Shown here in pieces: positions 35,901 through 48,935 of a stretch of DNA of 64,000 bases. This DNA comes from Takakia lepidozioides (Eukaryota > Plantae > Bryophyta). Made by a program: the position numbers and the translations under genes. The stretch lies in assembly GCA_030704615.1 (NCBI GenBank), contig CM060732.1, positions 35,278,001 through 35,342,000 of the forward strand. The letters are read 5' to 3'. The first letter of the stretch is position 1; each line of letters begins with the position of its first letter. The notes under the pieces were generated by a model that worked only from the letters and a program-made list of their open reading frames with translations, made no database searches and had not been told where the DNA came from.

Positions 35901-38900
35901 CGAAGTACATATATCAAGTTATTTTGCCTAGTTGTCACAAAGTAGCCTGGTTGTGCTAAGTTGGATAATGTTGGTTACCTCTCAAATGTGAGCCCAGAGG
36001 TTACTAGCTCTCGTACTGATTCAAGTTGGATTATGGTGTATGCCTGTGCGGAGCAGGTAGGGGCCATCATATCAGGGGTACAACCAGGGCTGACCATGGT
36101 GGTGGGTCCTCCGGGCACTGGCAAGACTGATACAGCTGTCCAGATTCTGAATGTGCTCTACCACAATTGCCCAACCCAGCGTACTCTGCTTATCACACAT
36201 TCCAACCAGGCCTTGAATGATCTTTTTGAGAAAATCATGCAGGTAAATACAGTTCAACTTCTGGGGTGTTCAATATTGTGTATCTCTCCTCCCAATCTCT
36301 TGGAAGGCTAATGTAACAGCTTCGCACATACGAAAGCTGTAACTCGTAAAATAGTCAAGACCCTTGGAGAAATAGGCTCATTGTGGTACCTTAGATGCCT
36401 ATGGTTGTGATCGGCTCTCACGCTGCATGCTTATGTGGTAGTTGCTCGGTAGGTTACAGATTCTGACATGTGTGGCTTTACATGCAGAGAGATATTCCAG
36501 CTCGGTATCTGTTGCGGTTGGGTCAAGGAGAGAAAGAGTTAGGCACAGATCTGAACTTCAGCCAAACAGGTCGAGTGAACGCCATGTTGGCACGGCGCCT
36601 TGAGCTTCTGGGTGAGGTGGAACGGTTGGCAAGGACTCTGCAGGTTGGTGTTATTTTCTTCCCTTGTGGGTAACTGGCCCCTTCCAGGATGAGCTGCGTT
36701 TGCCGCATCAGAACCAGTGCTGACACACGTAGGATTCCATGGTGGGTGCAGCAATGGCCGCAGTGTATGAGAACATGAATGGCCTCAAGTTAAAAGTTGC
36801 CCGGAGATCAATTCAAGAGCTTGGGAGGGGAAGCTTTGATAATACAACAATGAGGAAGTAGAGAGTGGAAGGATGCTTTAAAGACAACATTCCCAAGCGT
36901 GATTAATTTTAATATATACTAGTTATCTCCAGAAGTCCTTTGGGATACAAGAGGCACAATCTTGAAATCACAAGGCTTTATCTGGGGCTATTAACAGCCT
37001 GGCCAAAGTTGTTTCTGTAATCCTTGAATCACATCAATGCTTCCGGGTTCATATTTGGGAATTTGCCATGCCGCAGGTGCCTGAAGATGCAGAATATACA
37101 TGTGAAACAGCATCATATTTCTGGCTCCTGCATATTCTGTCTCGCTGGGAAGAGTTTGTGGCAGTGTGTGAAGGCTCACAAGACACCCCTGGCATCATCA
37201 AAGAAAAGTTTCCTTTCAAAGAGTATTTTACCAACACTCCACAGCCACTTTTTACAGGGGCCTCTTATGCACGTGACATGCGGTCTGCAACTGGATGCTT
37301 TCGGCATTTGAAGACAATGTTTCAAGAGCTGGAAGAGTGCCGAGCATTTGAGTTGCTCAAGTTGAGTAAAGATCGAACAAATTACCTCATGGCAAAGCAG
37401 GCCAAGATAGTTGCTATGACATGTACCCATGCGGCTCTTAAGAGACAAGACTGGCTTGATCTAGGTTTCAAGTATGACAACCTTTTGATGGAGGAGAGTG
37501 CTCAGATTTTGGAGATTGAAACTTTCATTCCCATGTTGCTGCAGAGACAGACAGATGGTCATGCACGCCTTAAGAGGTGCATCTTGATTGGTGACCACCA
37601 CCAGCTTCCTCCAGTCGTCAAAAATTTAGCTTTCCAGAAATATAGTCATATGGACCAGAGTCTGTTTACACGATTTGTGCGGTTAGGGGTCCCTTATGTA
37701 CAGTTGAATGCGCAAGGCAGGGCGAGGCCTAGCATTGCTAAGCTCTATAACTGGCGTTACCGTGATCTGAGTGATCTCCCAAATGTGTGCGAGGGTCAGG
37801 CCTTCTACCGTGCAAATGCAGGCTTTGCACACGAGTATCAGCTGATTGACGTGCCAGACTTTGAGGGAAAGGGGGAGTCAGAACCCAACCCATATTTCTA
37901 TCAGAACCTGGGTGAGGCCGAGTATGTGGTCAGCATGTTCCAGTACATGCGCTTGCTAGGCTATCCAGCCAATAAGATCTCAATCTTGACTACTTACAAT
38001 GGGCAGAAGCATCTAATTCGTGATGTGATTGAACGGCGCTGTGCCAATCATCCTCTCTTTGGACGGCCCAGCAAGGTACGGGTGATTCGATCTTGGGGGA
38101 TTAGTTCACTTTGTCATTGATTCCTCTCAAGGACAGATGTAAATGTGGCACATGTCTAACCCCCTTATTTCCTGTCTGCACATCATTCATATGAATTGTT
38201 CCATTCAAACACAAAATTCTAGTTTGGTTGGTTAAAAGTAGCCAGGTATATTCCTGGGGTGTTTACATTTGGATGTCTCAATATGGAATGATATGTGGCT
38301 GGCTGCAGGTGATGACAGTGGATAGGTTCCAAGGCCAACAAAATGACTATATTTTACTGTCGTTGGTGCGAACTAGAGTGGTTGGCCATCTTCGAGATGT
38401 ACGGAGGTTGGTAGTGGCCATGTCCCGCGCTCGCTTGGGTCTATACATGTTTTGTAGGCGCTCACTGTTTGAGCAGTGCTATGAGCTGCAGCCCACTTTC
38501 CAGCAATTGCTTCAGCGGCCAGACAAGCTGGCACTGGTGCTTGGCGAGAGAGCTCACCCCACTGACCGACCTGCTCATGACATGGGGAGGGCCCAACTTG
38601 TGAGCGGGTTGGAACAGATGGCTGACATTGTGTCAAGGAAGTTCAATGAGAAGGTAGAAAATTTGTGACTTTCCCTGACTCTCTTCCACTTTGCTTTAAT
38701 TTTTGTGATGGAGATCGTCAACCCTGTGTCAATGTACATGCAGATATGCCCTGTACATTGACATGGGGCTTTTAATGAGATGGAAATGAAATCCAGCCAA
38801 CAGTAGTGATGTTGACTTCGTTCAACTAACCTACATCTAGTACCTGGCTTTCAGTACAATTGAAGCATCTGCAAGAAAGTGAGAACTTGGTCTGCTTCTA

Positions 38901-40414
38901 ATGACACAAGTGTCCACTGAGTTCTTTGGTAGCTTTTGGGTACCATTTCTCCTAGTTACTCGAAATACGCTAAACTCTACCCCCATCCCGATTCATGAAT
39001 GTGCAACTTAGCAGCAATAGCTTTAGAATCGAACCACAGCCTTGCATATACCAGGCTATGCAACCACTAGATACTTGATTTAAACGGCTGGCCACAACTT
39101 CAAAGAAGCCAACTTGAATTCTACTGTGGATTCAACAACAGCAGGGTTACAGATGATGAACTTCTGTGTCATCAATCAAACCATCCGAAACTCTGGTCCC
39201 AGTCCTCTGACCTAAAGATGGTCGGGTAATGAAAGACAACCTTACCTGTTGTCCCATGACTGAAGATATGAAAGTGCACCACTAGACCATAGAACTCAAG
39301 CATCTTATCTGAGACTTATTGCTAGTGTAGGCTTCTAGATCATAACTTTCTCTCTGTTATTGGCAAAGTGCCAAGTGTGGGCATGGATCACTGCTGCAGA
39401 CTGGGGGATAGACAGCAGTGCCAGAATGACGTCACAGTGTATAGCATGATGTTTATTGCAGCCCTTGCCATTCCCAGTAATTGTATTGTCATTGGCTGTG
39501 TGCAAGCCCTATTCAATGTTTTTGGGCTATGTTTTCATGCCCTGCTGGGTAGAAATTGCACAAGTGGCTTTGAGGTTGATATCGCACCATGGCAGAGTAT
39601 CCAAAGTTCTATCAAACCTCCTTGTCTCTGCAACTGTTTGAAATTGTGTGCCACAACATACTTGAAATTTTTTCTATTTTAACTTGTTGGCTTGAATGCT
39701 GAAGTGCATGTGAGATGACATTTGATATACAAACTTTTTTGACCGGATGTGCAGGTAATGGCAGGACAACTGGCAGAGGAGCAGACCTATGCCCACCCGC
39801 AAGGCCAAGCGTATGGGTTTAGGGCTGCAGGCGTCATGGGCCATCCCCCTTTTCCTGGGGTGACACCTGTCTCTGGCTTTGTTTCAGGGGGGCAGCTTGG
39901 GAGAGACACCCCCATCTCTCTCAATGGAAGAGCATCAGTCACCCAAACGGAGAGTGAATCTGTTCCCATGGAAACTGAGAGTGAAGTTGTTGCCATGGAC
40001 TCCGTGAGTGAAGTTCCTCTTTTGGAGAATGACCACACAGCTTTTGTTGTGGCTGAAGACAATAATGCAGGGACTCTGGATGAGAGGGAGGAGAGGGATG
40101 AGAGAGACTCTCCTACTGGGTTGACAGAAACTCAAGTGGTTACACTGATGGAAGAGACTGGAACGGTTACAGTGATGGAAGAGACTGAAACTGTTACAGT
40201 GGTGGAAGAGACTGAAATGGTTACAGTGATGGACGAGACTGAAACGGTTACAGTGATGGAAGAGACTGAAACAGTTACAGTGGTTGAGGAGGGCAATATT
40301 ATGACAGCAACTGAAGTGAGTGAAGTTACCACAACAGTCACAGAGAGTGAAGTTGTGACCACAGTTGAGGCGACTGAAGTTCCTGTGGAGAACGGGAGCG
40401 AAGGAGACCACTAG
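29915..40414 (+). CDS. AQR: RNA helicase Aquarius (intron-binding spliceosomal SF1 helicase), 15 exons
   Basis: Exons 29915-30313, 30888-30980, 31691-31756, 31985-32071, 32276-32428, 32675-32853, 33214-33448, 33859-33969, 34191-35225, 35446-35709, 36057-36242, 36488-36643, 37077-38075, 38309-38653, 39755-40414. Motifs [56 protein letters not shown]. Confidence 0.95.
40126..40290 (+). repeat. In-frame 27-bp tandem repeat (EETETVTVM) in the last AQR exon
   Basis: About five to six copies of GAAGAGACTGAAACGGTTACAGTGATG-like units. Confidence 0.85.
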
Positions 40415-43001
40415 TCTTGTACTTTGCTTTGCCATAGTTAGCTGTAAAGCTCCTAGGAAGTGTCGTAGTGTCATAGCCATACATCGCAGTGTGTACTACA
40501 GATTCTTCCAACCGAGGGCCCTCTAACCTGGTTGCAGATTTTTTTGTAGCATACTTAGTTATTAAATCTTAGAGTGTACTCTTGAAGGCAAACAAGGACT
40601 GGACTCGGATGTGGGAGCCTCCTTGTAAGATGGAGAGCTGCCTGACAACACGGGAGTCACTCTTATGAATCTGTTCCTGCAGGAATTGCACCCAATTCTC
40701 AGGTAGGGATTCTTGCGACTTTGGAGAGTGTAACCAACTTTTTGTTCGCCTATCTGTCTGTATAGATTATAAGGACGCTGTAGAGCTGCATGGAGTACAG
40801 ATATATTGTAAAGCATGTGTCTGCAGGGTTGCACTATATGGGATGAGATATTGTGCATCAAAGGAAAAGAGTTCCAAAAATATCTGTTCATCTATTCAGA
40901 AATATGAGCCATGCTTAGGCGAAAAAGTTCCTGAAAAGTTTCAGAAAAGGTAACGCAGTCGCCAAGCTATGGGTTCTTGACTCCTGCTTGTATATTTCCT
41001 TTTCCTTCTCGCATTATTTTCATGCTAACCAGATTTGGGATGGGGTGATTTCCTGTGGAAATATTGGGGCCTGGTTTCTCTGCAGCCAATGTACTCAGAG
41101 GGTGTTTGGGACTTTGCAGGCAAAGCTCGCTGTCTGGCAGGTGGTCAGTTTGCTACTCCCCCATGTGACCACACTCTAGTGTGATGCATCAGATTTGTAT
41201 CAGGGAGTGCCTGAATGGTGTCTAAGGAAGTGTCTTGGCTGAAGATGTGTTTATGGAGGCTGTATTGTCTCCCAAGTGTAGGGGGAAGGCCCTCTTTTAT
41301 TCTGTGGTAGTGATTGTAAAAAAGTCATGACGAATTATTACTGTTTAATGTTTTTGTTGGATCTCAAACCTGATCAGTATTTGTTGTCGAGATACTGACA
41401 TACAGGTCACTCTCTATCCTGTGTTGGGATTCTGCAGGACAACATGAACAATGTTTCCAGAATTTTAGCAAATGCAAAAGCGTCTCAAACGGGGCTGCCT
41501 CAAGGACTTCAAGTTGCAGCAGTCCAGTAGTTTTGCTCATTGTTTAGCTGTAGCACATTTCTTAGCAAGATGCTAACAAGTCTGTGGATGATCAAGTAAT
41601 TGTAAGGTGAAGGATTAGTTTTTGCAGAGATTATAACAACTAAAGTCGCGGCTGGCATTTTCTCGTCAAAAGTATAGTATGCATCTGCAGGAAGAGAGCT
41701 GATTTTATGTTGAGCTTAGCAACCTCACACCTGTCAAAGAGTCCATCTTTATGCAAACTAGAGGTTCTCCACTTGAGTAAATTTACTTCTCAATGCACCT
41801 GAGGGTTCGCCCAAAATGGAAATAGTTGTCAATTTTTGTCACAGCACAGTTTGAGTTCTTGCCACCAATTTAAGACCCGTGTTCCCTGCTATCGAACATG
41901 TGCAGCCAGCTGTTTGGTAGTATGTACATCTGCTGCTCAAATATCCCTGCCCACGAAGAAGAGATTACACTGACTGGCATATTGAGCATCCAATACATAA
42001 GCTCTAAGAAAATATCCTTGTGAATACTTGGGAGACTTCTGGTGAATACTCCTGATGTTTCTTGTGTCCTTTGGAAGGATTGATCATTGCTTGCTTGCTG
42101 CATCAATCGTTTCCCATCGTTAACAGACCAATACCACAATCTTGAACATTGTGTCCCCTCTGTCTGTATGGGGTTTGCTGGATGGGAAGCTACTCAAATT
42201 TACAAAGGAATTTGACACTGTGTATTGAGAGTAGTGTATGCACCAAATTTTTCTGGTCAAACATAGGGGGTCCTGTGGTTGCCGGCCCTAAGAAGAGAAT
42301 GTGGAGTATCGCAAATGTTGTGGCTCTGTGAAGAAAGGGGGGGGAGGGTTTGGTATGAGCATCTGCTACAAGTTCCCTCGGAACGTTTTGGGGTTTCTTT
42401 CTTCCATCTTCGGGAAGAGTGTTGCTCTCAAGATTGAGTTTGCTGCTTTGCTTGCTTCGTCAAGCGTTTTGCACTCCTCTGTTACCAGGGATTGCATCTG
42501 AGGGCCACCCAAGGACGTGCGTGGCATTGTGAGTCATTCTTCAACTCTAGCCCTACTCTTTCACATATTTTCTGTGTCTCCAATGCTCCATGTAGAGGGA
42601 GAGAGGAAACTGCGACCGTAGCCTGACGCCCTCTCGGGTGTGGGCCAATGCTCCATCTACTCCTCGTCTTTGCGTCCCTGTCCATTTTATATGTTGCAAC
42701 GCTGAGGTCTTGTCGTATGGGTGGTTAAAAGACCAGAGATTGACTGGCTTTTTCTTCTATATTCTCGGTGTTAGCTAGGTTTACACTTACAGGTAGGTTT
42801 GCACTTACGGACTGCACACATTGGCTTGTGACAGTATGTGGGAGAGCAATAATTATGTTGATATGACCTTCTCTCTATACTTCCTTTCATTTTCCGTTTC
42901 GTCTCTTCTCTTTAATGTCTTAATCGTCGATGTTACTCTTGTTTGCCTCCGGTAAGGTGCAGAGTGTTCTAGTTCTGAAGCACAGTCGTCCCAAAGTCAC
43001 T

Positions 43002-43379
43002 ATGCCGTTCTCTCCGGCACAATCCATGACCATTGTTGCTGGCTTTTCAGCAATGTCTGCCTGGTAGGCTACACCAATCCTCTACTTGTACTATGTTTAC
43101 TTCGTTTTGGGCTATGATTCTGGGGAATTCTGCGAATTGCCACGAATGTGTCTCGGAAATGTTCTCTTCCTTTTACTCTCTTTGTCTCTGCAGAAATGTA
43201 GGGGTAGTCCTGCAGTCTTTTGATGAGTTTGTGAAGTCAAGTATGTTATGAGGGTGAGGGTGAGGGTGAGGGTGTGTAGGTATGGATACATGTTTGGGAA
43301 AGAGTCAGCGAGGAAGGAGCTGGCAGACAAGATTAATGAGTTGCGTGCCACCATCCGGAAGCTTGAGAATGGGGAGTGA
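43002..43379 (+). CDS. Spliced 53-aa small protein/uORF upstream of PIG-C (hydrophobic N-half, charged helical tail)
   Basis: Exons 43002-43063 and 43280-43379 (GT-AG, phase 2) give MPFSPAQSMTIVAGFSAMSAWYGYMFGKESARKELADKINELRATIRKLENGE*. Absent from the ORF track because it is split. Confidence 0.7.
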
Positions 43380-43659
43380 TGATTAGAATGCACCATAGGT
43401 AGGCCTGGGAATTCTGTTTTGAAGGACAGTGAGAGAGTCGGTATTATGTTTGTTCGTAAATTCTTTTGAGGTGTGAGCTTAGCAGCTGAACCTTACTCCT
43501 AGTTGATCTTAAATAGGTTGGATGCCCCACTGTTGTACATCAGACAAATGCATATGCCAACAGTATTTCTAAACCTGTTGCAGTGTTTGTAGTAAACTGA
43601 CAGCTATCGTCATGTTGTCGACACCAGTCATGTCAAGCAGTACATAAGGAGCCAATGAG

Positions 43660-44643
43660 ATGGAGGAGAAGGAAAAGACCATGAATGACCTGCATACTGC
43701 ACATCAGGGGGAAATGCAAGGAAGCAAGGAGCCTGGACTACGTGGGGGGTGGATGAAGGTGGTATATGGAGGAGTGCAGGCTGGGTATCCTGACAATTAC
43801 ACTGATGGGACCTTTCTGGAGGCCATGGTGACAAATGCCGGAGTAGTAAAGCGCGACACAGCCACTGTGATGCGGGACTCCATAGGCATTGCATCACATG
43901 TCAGTGTGGTGGCACTGGTGGCCACAGTGTGGACCTATGCACTGAATGGGGCACTGGCTGCATCTACTCTACTCTTGCTGGATGCTGTTTTCCTGCTCCT
44001 TGGCTTCATCACATTGGTGCTCTCCATGAAGTGCTCGCCTTCATTTGTGACCCAGAGTGCATGCAACTTCATCCTGTTTGTGAGTGCAGTCTACGTGCTT
44101 GCACCTGTGTTCCAGACGTTGACCCGTTCGATCAGCTCCGACTCCATATGGGCATTGACAGTAAGCCTACTAATTGTGCATCTCTTCTGCCGTGACTACA
44201 CCCTCCCAACCTCACCCATGTCTGCTGCCCTCTCAAGGGATTTGCCAGCCAAGAAACTCCGAGGTCAGGCGATGACCCTGTCGGCCAGTGTTTCTATGAA
44301 TGCAGCCATTGTGGCTTCAGTTTTGATTGCATCCCGCCTGCCATCCCATCACTATGTGTTTGCACTCATGCTCTTTTCACTGGAATTTTTCCTATTGTTT
44401 CCTCTGGTGACTCACTGCATGAGGCAACGCTCTGTCAACTTTCATGTAGGGTTTTCTTGCATGCTTATAGTGGTCACTATGGGCCTCATATTCCCTCTCA
44501 GTGGGCTTGCTTTTGTGTTGTTTGTGATAGTAATTGTGTTCATAACACTCGTGTGTCCCTTTTGGCTAATCCGCATCCAAGAATACAAGTTTGAGATCAA
44601 TGGGCCTTGGGATGAAGCCAAGCTGTGCTTTGACATCGATTGA
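43660..44643 (+). CDS. PIGC: Phosphatidylinositol N-acetylglucosaminyltransferase subunit C (PIG-C/GPI2)
   Basis: Single-exon 327-aa polytopic membrane protein with WMKVVYGGVQAGYPDNYTDGTFLE, TLTRSISSDSIWA, SMNAAIVASVLIASRL and QEYKFEINGPWDEAK. Confidence 0.95.
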   Translation: MEEKEKTMNDLHTAHQGEMQGSKEPGLRGGWMKVVYGGVQAGYPDNYTDGTFLEAMVTNAGVVKRDTATVMRDSIGIASHVSVVALVATVWTYALNGALAASTLLLLDAVFLLLGFITLVLSMKCSPSFVTQSACNFILFVSAVYVLAPVFQTLTRSISSDSIWALTVSLLIVHLFCRDYTLPTSPMSAALSRDLPAKKLRGQAMTLSASVSMNAAIVASVLIASRLPSHHYVFALMLFSLEFFLLFPLVTHCMRQRSVNFHVGFSCMLIVVTMGLIFPLSGLAFVLFVIVIVFITLVCPFWLIRIQEYKFEINGPWDEAKLCFDID

Positions 44644-45740
44644 GTTGGGACAATATTTGTCGAGAACGAAAACTAAATTGTATTGATGCTCTTATTCTTC
44701 TCCGCCATCAAGTCATGATCAAATCCTTCTCTGATTATTCAAGTCATAGATTGGACAATAGACCTCCTGTATTTAGAGGGATAGACTAGCAGCAGTACAA
44801 GTTTGGGATGCAAAGGTTGTAGATGAGATGAGCAAGACATACACATGTTAAGAAAGAGTTTTCATTCTGAGCAGCAATCTCATTTTCACTAATGTCAGGG
44901 AGGCCAAAAGAGGCTCAGCTTCTATACAGGGTTAAGAAAATATATTCAAGGCAAAGAGAGGCCAAGAGCATACGGCACTAAAGATTGGTATCAAGTGAAT
45001 GTGGCATATTGTAGTATCTTTTCAGTATTTTATATCTGATTGCCTGTGATTTGTGTATATGATTTCCCTGATGTGAAAGGCTTGGTTAGCTGCGAAAGCT
45101 TTACTTCAAATCAAATCAACTCTTCTATTCTGATCTGCACTGGTTCCAGCACCGGTTGTTGACAAACAATCAGGATCCATCAATTTTCTTCTTATGGATC
45201 TAATTAGTCCTTCTTGGTTGGTTAGTTCCCTCCTCTCTCCCCTTCCTGTAGGTATCCCATTTGAGATTTTCTTCTGTTCTGTTCATTCTTTGTGCTTCTG
45301 ATGAGGTTACCACAGCTGGTTTTCTTTGCAGTCTCCCTTTTTCCCTCCCCTCCAAGATGAAAGAAATTAAGTAGGTTTGCATTCAGCATTTCTAGAATTA
45401 TGAATGTTTCACAATCGAGTTTATGTTGCCCTGTCCTCAGAGGATACCACAAGTGGTGTTCAAGGCACCCACCATGTAACCATATGTCGGCGCCATCATG
45501 TTTGGGCCAATAGGGATTCTCTCTCAGCAGTTTGGTTGCAATAGTTGGTCAGAACAACGAGCATTGGGTGTCCCCTCTACCTGCGAGCTCAGACAAGCGC
45601 TGAGGCGCTCTGCCATCGGAGACGAGGAAGATGAAGTGGGTGGAAGAGAGCAACAAGAGAGAGCACAAAGCAAGTTTATTAGTCGATTAGCTGAACTAAA
45701 TTTTGTGATTAGTGTAATATAGGGGGGCAGGGCTTCCGGT

Positions 45741-46730
45741 ATGGGTGCATCATTCAGGGTTTGGGAAGTTGGAGAATGTAGACATCCGAGGAGGTGTCTG
45801 AGCTCAAAGATCTCTTGGCAGGTAGAAACGGGATGGCAATCCGGGCAAACCCAGATGACAATGCCTTCATACATGGCTGGGGCTGCAGAGTGCTCGGCAT
45901 CAAAGTCCACAAAAGACATGGTTGCTTTGTTGAAAGCACACCAGGCGCTGCTGTTGGAGGGAGTGCCACAACGGTCAGAGCGGCAAGAAGCTGGCCAGGA
46001 GAAGCAGCGAGTCGCAGCGGCGGTGGCTGGAAGGGATGGTGCACTCCGTGCGCTAGCCAAGCGAGTGCGTGATGCACAGCAGGTGCTGGAGGCGAGCGTG
46101 GAGGAGATGGCGGAGTTCAAGCGCGGCCGGCTTGGCAGCAGCTTGGATATACAGGAGCTGGTCTCATATGCACACCGAATCAGCTACACTACTTTTGCTC
46201 CACCGGAATTTGCGTCAGGTTTAGTCCCGATGCGAGGTGTCTTGCCTCCAGCCCCCCAGGATGAGCAAATGCGTGCCTCTATGCTGTATCAAGCCAATGA
46301 TCTGGATTTGGGTCTTCCCAAATCGGTGGCTCCTGTACCCTCCCCTCTTGTACCCACTGAAGATTCGGTAGTTGTGGAAGGCTCTGCCACAGCTCTGGAA
46401 CCTGTGGTGCCTGCAGGATGGCAGCCAGGGATGCCTATCCAGCTGCCGTCAGAGCTACCGCCAATGCCAGCTGGGTGGAAGATTGGCGATCCCATTCCAT
46501 TACCCCCAGGCTTGGATATGCTCCCTTTGCCTCCAGGGTGGAAGACTGGGGATGCTGCTCCTGTATCTGCAGGCTTGCAGCCCCAGGCTCCTGCTGCCCC
46601 CGCTCCCGCTCCTGCACCAGGCGTCATTCACGTGCCATTTGTCCAGCTCGACCTCAACCCTGAGCTGGAGGATGACTTTGGCAGTGACTATGGCAGTGAT
46701 GAAAGCAATTCGGAAGAAGACGATGACTGA
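45741..46730 (+). CDS. MED4: Mediator of RNA polymerase II transcription subunit 4 (true start may be the ATG at 45855 or later)
   Basis: ELVSYAHRISYTTFAPPEF, LPPAPQDEQMRASMLY, Pro-rich PxGWxxGxP repeats and an acidic tail, typical of plant MED4. Confidence 0.9.
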   Translation: MGASFRVWEVGECRHPRRCLSSKISWQVETGWQSGQTQMTMPSYMAGAAECSASKSTKDMVALLKAHQALLLEGVPQRSERQEAGQEKQRVAAAVAGRDGALRALAKRVRDAQQVLEASVEEMAEFKRGRLGSSLDIQELVSYAHRISYTTFAPPEFASGLVPMRGVLPPAPQDEQMRASMLYQANDLDLGLPKSVAPVPSPLVPTEDSVVVEGSATALEPVVPAGWQPGMPIQLPSELPPMPAGWKIGDPIPLPPGLDMLPLPPGWKTGDAAPVSAGLQPQAPAAPAPAPAPGVIHVPFVQLDLNPELEDDFGSDYGSDESNSEEDDD

Positions 46731-48935
46731 TCTGCAAAATTCAAAGGTGAGCTTGTTGCGTTTTTCTTGGTTATGCTACTGCTGCATATTCGAAATATTC
46801 GAAAGGGCAGGAGCTCAATCCTGTCACGGCCTTTGATGAACAAGTGGGACTGAGGGAGACCCACAATGCTAGGACCTGCCTGCAGATATCACCATTTGCA
46901 TCCGATGTCATTCCTGCAAGGGGCACTGGGCAAAGTTCAAATCGAGAGTAGTTTCAGTCCTGTACATTAATTTAACCCAGTTGGAAGTAGGCCATTAACA
47001 TGTCCCATCTGCGGGCATGATGGGGTTTCAAGATTATAGCTCTTGTCCGGTAATCCAGTAACAAGCCCTCCACTGAATGTAAGGGGAATTTGAAGTGCAT
47101 AGGACAATACCAGAGGAGCTGTAATAGAAGTCACTCATGTTATTACTCAGATCAGACTTGTCAGTACATTGGCATTTTTCACAGAATTTGTGATGGCGGA
47201 GAGATTGAGCTGCATCCTAGTTTCCCAGTGCCTTCTTCGTGTATCTTCTTCGTGTATCGCGTGTTCTTGTCCATGGACTTCCTCAGGTCACATTCTTAAC
47301 AAGCTAAAAGGAATAATTCATAGATAGCTTGCAATCTTTTGTAGCGTTCAACTGCTGTGCACATGAGTGAGTCCTTGTGCTTCACAGGATCTGTCATTTG
47401 CAAGTCGGCCCCTATAAACTGCACTGGAAAGTGGCATAACGGACACTAGCAAATGAGTTGAATTAGTTAGTCAAATAGATAGCTGTGCTCTTTCAAATGC
47501 ACCAAAAGATACCTGCCTCCCTGTGCAGACCTACAGCATCTCACAGTTTCCATCTTGTACCTCATGCAACTTGTGATGCAGTTTTTGCCATCACAGAGAC
47601 CATTCAATAGAATTGCTAACAAGGTTCCCGGTGGGAGATTCAGCTTCACCCGCCTCGAGTCTCAAATACCATTCTGATCAAATATTATCCAAATCCATAT
47701 GGTATTCGTATTATTCATGAGAATGCCAATGCCAATGCATTTTGTGTGAGAGAGACAGAGACAGATGAAGAGGATGATAGTTGTGATCCACCTCCGTGGC
47801 TGCCCAAGTTCATCCTCAACCTTGAGACTCCTCTACCATGTCCAAAGAAGGTCTATGAACTTCTTGGCCAACAATTCTTGTTTTTTATCAACAGATTCCA
47901 GTGCATAATCGCCAAACCTCAGGCCAACGAGATGTCAGACCAGTGCCATTCCCACCATCGCACCACCACTTGACTCAAGTGTATGCAAAAATTTAAAACT
48001 CTGCTTAGATTATTTTGTTGTACCATTGACTCACCACCGCATGCTTGACTGTTAGAAAAAGCTGAAACAAATCTCTTCTTGCCTACTACTATTCTGGTGC
48101 TCATGAAATATTGTTCCACCCAGAATGTGTGTGTTTTTTTTTTTTTTTTTTAAATTTTAAAGAGAATGATTGATTACAAACCCTTGTGTGTTATTCAGAC
48201 AATTAATAAACATTTGGACGAAAAGTGACAACCTCTTGATCAATATTGAAAGAATAGGAATCAAAGATGAAAAGTTTAATGAGAGCTCTCCACCCAACCA
48301 TAGTAACACAACAAGTTGTGGCCTATTTCTGCCCAGTGTCCATGCCAGAATGCCAAGTAATAGATGGGCCCTAGAGTTGAATGCGAGGGAGCCCGTTCAG
48401 CCAGCGTGGACCCCCCGCCCCCCCCCCCCCCCTTTGTCGCGCGGCAGCCCCTCCCGCGCCTCATGTACCCTCTGCCAGGACATGACACATGTCCTCTCAC
48501 CCATCCCCATCCCGCCTCCCATCCTCACCTCATGCATGGCATCGTCCCCCATCCCCCCTGCATGCCTTCATCCTCCCCATGCCACATGCTTGCGTCCATT
48601 GCATACATGGTATCCCCAAACATACATCATGCCCTCAATTCAAATTCGTTCTAACATCTTTTCAAATTTTGAAATGGCAAATCTGAAAAAAGAGAATGGA
48701 CGTTGGGATATATGCCACGTCGTCACATACACTGCCACCCCAATGGAGGGTTTTGCTACCCTCACTCGTGCATTTCCTAGTAGAGCAGTTCTCTCCATGC
48801 GTTTCTAGCTTGCCCGCATGAATTGACAGCATTCCATTATACATGTCCAGAATATGAATGCAAAAAGGCGCGTGTGAGGATACGGCAACGAAAGAAGACA
48901 TCAGCAAACTCAGAAGCATCTTATTTCTGTAAGCA

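Noticed and set aside
46900-48300. Coding-like fragments downstream of MED4
   Set aside because: Stops in all frames and no family recognised.
48170-48808. ORFs 48170-48808 (+) and 58308-59012 (-) sharing identical peptide
   Set aside because: The shared peptide is simply read-through of the two TIR copies.
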